Shown here: piece by piece, positions 17,533 to 25,000 of the stretch
How positions within the stretch are numbered: position 1 is the stretch's first letter
Layout: each line of letters opens with the position of its first letter
Source of the DNA: an uncultured Sarcina sp.
Lineage (GTDB): Bacteria; Bacillota; Clostridia; Lachnospirales; Lachnospiraceae
Assembly (NCBI GenBank): GCA_964461705.1
Contig: CAYXAN010000001.1
Coordinates: 1 to 32,523, forward strand
Direction: 5' to 3'
DNA: 32,523 bases
Notes under the pieces: generated by a model
Database searches by the model: none
Told to the model about the DNA's origin: nothing
Seen by the model: the letters and a program-made list of their open reading frames with translations, nothing else
Position numbers and translations under genes: made by a program

Positions 17533-17680
17533 CGGTTCAGCACCTGCCGATTTCAATCATAAATCGGCTGCTTGCAGACGAATCCATGATTGAAATCGGC
17601 AGGCGGCCAAGGGGCAAAGCCCCTCTGGCCTGCCGCATTGAGATTTTCCTTCGGAAAATCTCAATGCGGCAGATGAACCG
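17533..17680. mobile_element. Non-coding four-way-junction (cloverleaf) element, MITE/REP-like
   Basis: Closing stem cggttca/tgaaccg; 18-bp perfect stem 17543-17560/17586-17603; ggcca-aggggc-AAA-gcccct-c-tggcc 17605-17630; 19-bp perfect stem 17631-17649/17653-17671 with TTC loop; partial copy at 2034. Confidence 0.65.
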
Positions 17681-17722
17681 TACGTACGGTGCTGTGAGAG
17701 GACGGCGGCTGATCATTGCCGT
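17675..17722 (+). mobile_element. Group IIC intron 3'-end remnant (3' half of domain V and degenerate domain VI)
   Basis: gaaccgtacgtacggtgctgtgagaggacgg resembles the recalled class C 3' consensus GAACCGTACG(C/T)ACGGTGGTGTGAGAGG; lies just after an intrinsic terminator, the class C target; no RT ORF and no intact catalytic triad. Confidence 0.6.
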
Positions 17723-18687
17723 GATTTCTTTCCGGCCAGCGAAATCAGAACCAGCATCAGGAAAATAGCGGCGAAGCCGATGGCATCCGTCCATGTGAAG
17801 GCACTGCCGAGGAAGGCAGTGGAAATGACCGCCGCCGTGACCGGCTCCGAGAAGCCGTACAGGCTGCCCTTTCCGGGACCGATGTACTTGATTCCCTGAA
17901 GGTAAAGGGGAAACGCCATGACATTTCCTACCAGAACCACAAAGCCGACGCCGAACCAGCCGACTGCAGTGGGGACGTAGTGCCAGCTCCAGGATTGAAA
18001 GATGATCGCGATGACGATGCTCCCCATGAGGAACGACCATCCCTGCAGCAAAAAGACGGAATACCGCTCCATGAGCTTTCCCGGAACCATGTTGTAGATG
18101 GTGACGCAGCCGGCGCACAGGACGCCGGTGGCAAGGGCCGACGGAGGCACCTGCATATGGGTCAGATCACCGCCGGTGGACAGGAGGAACACGCCGAACA
18201 GAGCCAGAAAAACAGCCAGGATTTCCATGGCCTTCGGCCGCCGCTTCGCCTGCACACAGGTGATCAGAAGGATCATGGCCGGTGCCAAATCCTGCAGGAG
18301 AGTGCCGACCCCGGCGCTGGAAAGCTGGATGGTGGTGAAATACAGGAACTGGCAGGCGGAAACACCGGCAAGGCCGTAGATGAGGAGCCGCCGCCTGTCC
18401 GAACGATTCCTCCACGGATCCAGAATGTGCGCACCGGATCGGACAAAGCAGAAGGCCAGAAGAAGGATTCCTGCCAGTCCCAGCCGGATCGGGACCAGCC
18501 AGCGGACATCCATCCCCTCGTGCTGAAACAGAAATTGCCCCATGGAGCCGGATAAGCCCCAGCAGGCTCCGCCGGCCAGGGTCAGAAGGGCACCCTTGAG
18601 GTGGACGGAATTGTGCTGCGTCAGGGCGCTCCCACTGCCGGCGGCAGCGGTGCTGTGACGGTACTTCTTGTGATGATATATGTTCAT
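17713..18687 (-). CDS. EamA/DMT-family inner membrane transporter
   Basis: ~10 TM helices in two repeats; GGACWGLSG, QFLYFTTIQLSSAG, LYLQGIKYIGP...SEPVTA; RBS gaggag upstream on the minus strand. Confidence 0.9.
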   Translation of the reverse strand: MNIYHHKKYRHSTAAAGSGSALTQHNSVHLKGALLTLAGGACWGLSGSMGQFLFQHEGMDVRWLVPIRLGLAGILLLAFCFVRSGAHILDPWRNRSDRRRLLIYGLAGVSACQFLYFTTIQLSSAGVGTLLQDLAPAMILLITCVQAKRRPKAMEILAVFLALFGVFLLSTGGDLTHMQVPPSALATGVLCAGCVTIYNMVPGKLMERYSVFLLQGWSFLMGSIVIAIIFQSWSWHYVPTAVGWFGVGFVVLVGNVMAFPLYLQGIKYIGPGKGSLYGFSEPVTAAVISTAFLGSAFTWTDAIGFAAIFLMLVLISLAGKKSRQ

Positions 18688-18701
18688 GATCTTATCTCCT
18701 C

Positions 18702-18872
18702 TCAGCTCTCCGGACTGTTCTTATTCAGCAGGAAGTCATAGACGTTCATAAGCAGTACACCGGACGCATTGTAGTACGGTGCAGGTGTATCCTTGGTAAG
18801 GATAATCCGCTTGAAAAAGTCTCCTGTCAACATCAAAGAACGCTGCTCCTGTTCCATTTTGGCCTGATCCGG
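18702..18872 (-). pseudogene. C-terminal fragment of an AAA_14/DUF4143-type ATP-binding protein
   Basis: Hand translation (not in ORF track): PDQAKMEQEQRSLMLTGDFFKRIILTKDTPAPYYNASGVLLMNVYDFLLNKNSPES*, recalled as resembling the C-terminus of this family; frame is closed upstream by TAG at 18912-18914. Confidence 0.6.
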
Positions 18873-18950
18873 GTAAAGTTCCGGCGGAGCATACTGCAGT
18901 CGGTAACTTTGCTATGACAAGGTTCGGCAAAATCCTGGCATAATTTCCCC

Positions 18951-18983
18951 GAAACAGAGGCCTCACCCGGATTGAAACAGAGG
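18951..18983 (+). promoter_or_regulatory. 10-bp direct repeat GAAACAGAGG (13-bp spacer) upstream of an AT-rich promoter-like tract
   Basis: Copies at 18951-18960 and 18974-18983; candidate -10 tattat at 19006-19011. Confidence 0.4.
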
Positions 18984-19095
18984 ATTCAACTGCGATAAAA
19001 TGAAATATTATATGTAAAACGTTGGTTAACAGCCGATCCGTGCGTTCCACCGGAGGCTCCTGAAAGAAGCTTCTGCATTGAAAGGATTCACTATT

Positions 19096-22000
19096 ATGAA
19101 GCGTCCGCAAAGTTTACGCCTTATCAGTGTGTGTCTGGCCGTGATTACCGCCTTCAGCAGTGTAGCAGGCAGCGCCTGTACTGTTTCCGTGAATGCGGCG
19201 GCGGTCCGCAGTGATGTATCGTCGGCAGCCTCAGCATCCGCAGAGAGCAATGCGTCGGCAGCCTCGGCATCGACCCAGAGCAGTACGTCATCCGCAGACT
19301 CGGCGGGGGAGCTGTCCTCCGAGGAGGTCATGGCAAGTGTCGAGCAGCAGCTCAGTGCGCAGCTGGGACAGGAGGTCGAGCTGGTTCCGGAAACAGACAC
19401 GAGCGGCGTTGCAGCAGACGTGCAGACCCAGACGCAGGAGGATGCTGCCGGGACATCCGATCCGCAGACTACGGCAAAGGAGGACTCCGATCCGCAGGCG
19501 GCGGAGGCGGAAAGCTCCGATTCGGCTGGGACGGGAGACGATGCGCTGATTACGGACATCACCAAGGGCGAAGACGGAACCGTCACGGCCACAGACAAGT
19601 ACGGCACGACGGCAACCGTCAACACGCAGACAGGAGACACCGAGGTGGACCTGTCCGGCACCGATGCGCAGATGCAGTTGGAATACAATGCGGCGGATGC
19701 GCTGAACAGTCCGACAGAGGATGCGGAATATCTGGGCAGTGACAGCGAAAGCGGCTTTGCCATGTACCGCAGCCAGGTCAATTATGAGGACATCGACTGG
19801 GAGTCCGAGGAGGCCGAGGAGCAGGAGCTCCAGCGGATGATCGACTGGATGGAAACGCCGGCCCTTTCCGGCGACACCTTAAGTCAGGCACTGCAGGCGG
19901 CGGCAGACTGGAATACCGAGGTGCTGCAGAACTGCTATGAGCCGGTGTATGAGGATGAGCCCGTTGCCGCCATGGCGCTGGAGGAGGAAGAGGACAACAC
20001 GGAGGCCATCGACGAGGAGGAAACGGACGAAGAAATCGACAAGACAGCAGATGACGGGACAGAAGAAAACGGTGGCGAGGAAACCGAGGAGGAGGCCGAC
20101 AAGGAAACCGACGGGGATACCGAGGCTTCTGAGACACCGGAGCTCATTGGCTACGAGCTGAAGGAGGAGTATGCCGAGGCCGAGCCGGAGGCAACAGACC
20201 TTGTCAGCTTCTGCGAGGCGGCAGCGCCCGGCGCGGATGAAGCGGGGGTCAGTGCCGCAGCTGCGTCACTGGATGACGGCATCATGAGTATTTCAGATGA
20301 AGGCACCGAGGACACAGACGCGAAGGACACCTCCTGGGTCAGCACGACGGTCTACTTTGTGGACGAGTCCGCTCTTTTGATCCATGTTGTCGATGAGGAA
20401 GGAAAAGGCATCAACGGCGCATCCGTCTATGTTCAGACCCAGGAGGAGAGCCCGCAGACCTGGGAGACCGTCACCAAGAGCCTCACCGACGGCAGCGCGG
20501 ATTCTGACGGAATGGCACTCCTTGAGTTGGGGGACGCGGGACAGGTCTACAGCCTTCTGATTACGATTGATCACCCGGATTATTGCGGCGTTACCAGCGC
20601 GGAGATCATCGAGGGCGGAGGCGAGCTGACCTATACGCTGCGAGAGAGGACACAGGGAGAGGTCTATGTGCGGGGCATCACCCTTGACGGAACGGATATT
20701 TACAACAATCCGCAGGATCTCTGCGTACAGAAGGAAAACACGTCCGTCAGTGAAATCTCCGTGTATGTGGAGATCAAAGGAAACGGTCCGGCGCAGCTGC
20801 CCGGTGCCGGTCAGCTGGAGCTGTGCAGCGATGGTGTGAGTGTCAACGGGCTGGCTGATCTGATTACCTGCGCGGATGTCACCTCCGACGATGGGACGGG
20901 GTACCGCGTCTATACCTTCCGGGGACAGTGGAACGGATATTCCGGCAGCTCGCCGAGATTAAAGGTGGGAAAAACCGTTTCCGTCCGATGGGCAGAAGGC
21001 ACGAAAACAACCTGGGCAGAATCCACGGCGGAGGATAAGAAAACCGTGAACACCCAGCTGAACATCACGGCTCCTTTGATGGAGGACAAAAGCGGCACCA
21101 CGATCTTCCGCTGGATCTCCACGAAGGATACCTCAAGACTGGGAATCATCCTCCCGGACGGCAGTCCGCTGGCCGGAACGGTGATTGAGGGCCCGCTGGC
21201 GCTGATGTCTCTTCCGGTGGATGTGCTCTACGATACGGCGGCAGGGACCGTTACGATTGCCGGGCATTTCGGGTGGAACAGCGACGACACGGCAGCGAAC
21301 CTGTGGAGCTCCCTCAAGCAGGCCAAAAACAGCAATTGCTCCCTGGGTCAGTACCTGAAGAGCAGGTTCGCGATGTCTACCTACGGCGATTACATCAAAA
21401 AGACGATTGGAGACTTCGGTGAAAATTACTATGACATGAAGAAGGTGAACACTGCCATCGGCCAGATCGCATACGGCGGAAAAGGCAGCTGGAGCGTTGA
21501 CATCGGCCTCTACCTTGTACTGAAGCTCAACACGAAGGAGGGAGGTGTCTACGGGGTTGACGGGTTTGTCCGGTTTACGGGGGCGGCAGGGTACACCTTT
21601 ACCAGCTATTATCTCATACCCGGGCTCCTGATACCGGCGTATTTTGGCTTTAATCTGAAGGGCGAGTTCATGGTCTCCGCCCGGATCTACGGCAAAACCA
21701 ACGGCGTTGCCCTTTCCGTTTTTGATATTGCAACGGAGGAGGATGGAATTGAGGACTATGACACCCTCAGCATCATGATCTCGGTCGTCCTCAGTGCCTA
21801 CCTGGGAGTGGGCTTTCGGGGATTGTTCAGCGGAGAACTTTCGGGCGCCGTAGGAATCTATGACCGGTTGGATCTGCTGTCGAACTTCCGCAATCGGGTG
21901 TACTGGGGGTACAGCCTGCGGCTTTCCTTTAAATCCTTCCTTTTTAATTTTTCCTGGCCGTTCAGCGGGAAAATGGAGAAGCTTTCAGACACGCGGTTGG

Positions 22001-25000
22001 ACCTTCTGGACGATCCCAGCGATCAGAAGCCGACCCTCCCCGGAGGGTATGTTCCGCTTCCCGTATCGCTGGACGACGAGGACTTAGCACTGTCCGAGAA
22101 GCTGGAGGTTGCGGACGATGAGGAGTCGGCGGCAGAAGGAATGTATACGTCCTGCGTCGACCCGGATGCCAGTGAGGATATCACGATCGACAGCGACGGA
22201 ACGCAGACAGAGAAACGGTCCTATGCACAAAGCACCAATGCGACAGTGGATGCCAACAGTACCGAGCATGTGGTGCTGGAGGGAGTCGCCTCCTCGGATA
22301 CGATGGAATATATCCCGGGGATGTTCATTCGAATTGCCAATGTAAAGGACGAGCAGTACTTCAGCGGAGAGACCGTGCCCCGCGTGACGATCACGAAGAC
22401 GTCGACAGAGGGACTGGGGGAAACCATCGCGCTTCCTGCCACGCAGGACGGGTACGGCGGCAAATACTACGGCTACGATTATAATTTCAGCGTATATGAG
22501 GGAGATAAATACTATTTCTTTATCATTTCCAGCTCCTGCGTGGCGCCGGAGGGGCAGACCGTGTCAGAGCTGGCAGGAGCCAACCGTCTGCGTGTGGTTC
22601 TTCTGGACAAGACGGATCTGTCGGTTCACAGCCAGAGGGTTCTTTACAAGTACTCGGCCGGAGAGCAGGGGCAGAATTATTTTTACGTAGGAACGCCCAG
22701 CATCGCCAGTGATTATCTTGGAGAAGAGGCGTACAAGGCCGGAGTGGCACCCCGCAAGGTGAAGGAGCAATATCAGCAGTATCAGCAGGCCCACGATTAC
22801 GGCGAGGATTTTGCACAGTCGCTGCTGAATGATTTCGGGGCGCAGTATCTGAATCAAACCGGCTATTACGTGGCGTGCGGGATTGCAACCAATCTTTCGG
22901 CATTTACAACGGGAACCGGAGAGGAGGAAACGGACCTGGGGTACGGACTGTACCTTGCCCGCGGCGGGGATTACGTAGATGCCTGGTCCTCCTGCGCGGA
23001 CGGAAAAATCATCATGGACGGCATTGAGCGGGAAAAGCTGCTGTTTGTCACGATGCATCAGTACAATCCGGTCCTTTTGAGCACGGAGGCACAGAACGAT
23101 CAGGTGCTCGAAGCCATCAGCCTGTGCAGCGTTTCGGATCCCTATACACTGACCGCCTCCGAGCGTCAAAACTTTGATATGGGCGGCTCCCTGCACAATC
23201 TGCAGGAGGTAACATACGAGCAGACTTACGACGGCAATGTCATGGAAAGAGATCTGTATGCGACCGTGAACGGAGAGCTGTGCCGCATTGAAATATCCAA
23301 CAGTGAGGAAAACGTCATTTCCATGGAGAAAACCATGCTGGGCGTCACCAGCGACACAGGGGAAACCTTCTCCATGGACGCCGAGGGACTCAAGCTGCTG
23401 CGTCAGGACCAGTATCTGTTTGCCCTTCGCGGAATGAATGTCAGCGATGTGGGAGATGACGGTGAATTAACCTACGGCACGAAGCTGGAGCTGTTTGTCA
23501 TTGAGAATGCCGTATGGACCAACGGCACGAAGACGGATGACAACGAGCCCGTGATTTACGGCCCCTTTACCTATACGATCAACAACCGGCAGGCGTACAA
23601 CGCGGTGGCCGCCTTTGAGGAGGGAGGGATCTTTCTTCTGCGCACGCTGTATCTGGCGGATGAGGAGCAGAAGCTGGTTTCTGTGGCGCAGAATACCAGT
23701 GAGGATCCGGACAAGAATGTCCCCGCCGCGGTCAGCACCATCAGCAATCTGTACATGTGGGAGATGGTAGGAGGCGGACTTGCGGTAGAGCTGAATTCAA
23801 TCGAGCCGTCGAGCACCCGCATCCGCAAAAAGGACAAGACGTTCAGCCTGGATCTGAACATGACCAACATCAACACATACACGGCCAACAGCGTGGAGCT
23901 GTGCATTACGGATGACAAGGAGGACGAGAGCCATTACAAATACTACACGATCACTATAAAAGACGGACTGAAGCCGTTCCAGACGAAGACCGTGTCCGCC
24001 AATATTGATATTGATGAGTCCTGGACGGGGGAGACGACCCTGTACGCAAAGCTCACAAAGGTGAACGGAACGGATATGATGGAGGGCTTTACGCCGAAGT
24101 GGGTGGAGCAGGACGCACTGCTTGGAAACGGAGATTTCTCCCTCTCCGTGGAGGAAAAGGGGGACAGCACGGCGCCGTATGCCAACGTAACCATCCGCAA
24201 TTACAGCACCCGATCCTTCAAGGATGTGGCGCTGCGGATGGAGGTCAACCGTTCCGCGGACGTTTCCGATGACACGTGGGAGGAATACCTGCAGTATGAC
24301 TTTGATGAGATGGTAAACGACGGAGCCACGGCTGCCAACGCAAATTCGTCGGTCATGACCGTGCGGATCCCGCTGAAGGAGCTGTGGAAAGCCGATAATG
24401 CGGACGGCTTTGTCTATGCCGTACGGTTTACGCTGGTAGGGCAGAACGATATTACGCTGAACAATATCTACACCATCAGCGGCGTTCTGTATAACCGGGA
24501 GAGTCCGGTACGGTATGTGACGGTTGCGGCAGAGACGGCAGACAAGACGATGGGAACGGTGCAGGTTGCCGATACGGAGGCGACAGGATCGGCCGATGAG
24601 GACACGGCCGGTGTCTACGTGAAGGAGGGCACGAAGGTGACCGTCAGCGCAGAGGCAAAGGACGGATTTGTCCTTGACCACTGGGAAATCCGGGATGTGC
24701 TGGACCCTGCCGTGTGGTATCGGATGAGCGATACCTCCGGGACACTTGAGATGTCTGCCGGAGAGGAGCTTGCGGGGACAGACTATACCATTCCGGAAGG
24801 GTCCGACTATGTCCTGAGGGCGTATTTCAGAGCTGCCGACGACAGGACACGGGTCAATGTCGTTGCCCTTGAAAAGGTGACGGAAACGGATGCGGAGGGC
24901 ACCTCGACGGTTACCTACCAGTACAACACCAGCCTGCCGCAGACGGGGATCACCCTGGCGGATGGGACCTCTGTTGACACCATCGCGGCGGACAGTCCGG

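Noticed and set aside
17533..17680. tRNA or tmRNA interpretation of the cloverleaf
   Set aside because: Arms are far too long; no T-loop/D-loop consensus, no 7-nt anticodon loop and no CCA end.
17586..17768. 60-aa ORF across the cloverleaf element
   Set aside because: No RBS; the internally mirrored peptide is a by-product of the palindromes, and it overlaps the EamA 3' end.
18915..19095. c-di-GMP riboswitch upstream of the surface protein gene
   Set aside because: A ggcaaa and a gaaa-loop hairpin are present, but I could not build the two-stem GEMM architecture or find a terminator; an Rfam scan would settle it.
18736..19110. 124-aa minus-strand ORF in the divergent intergenic region
   Set aside because: No motif or RBS; a different minus frame (18702-18872) gives the recognisable protein fragment.
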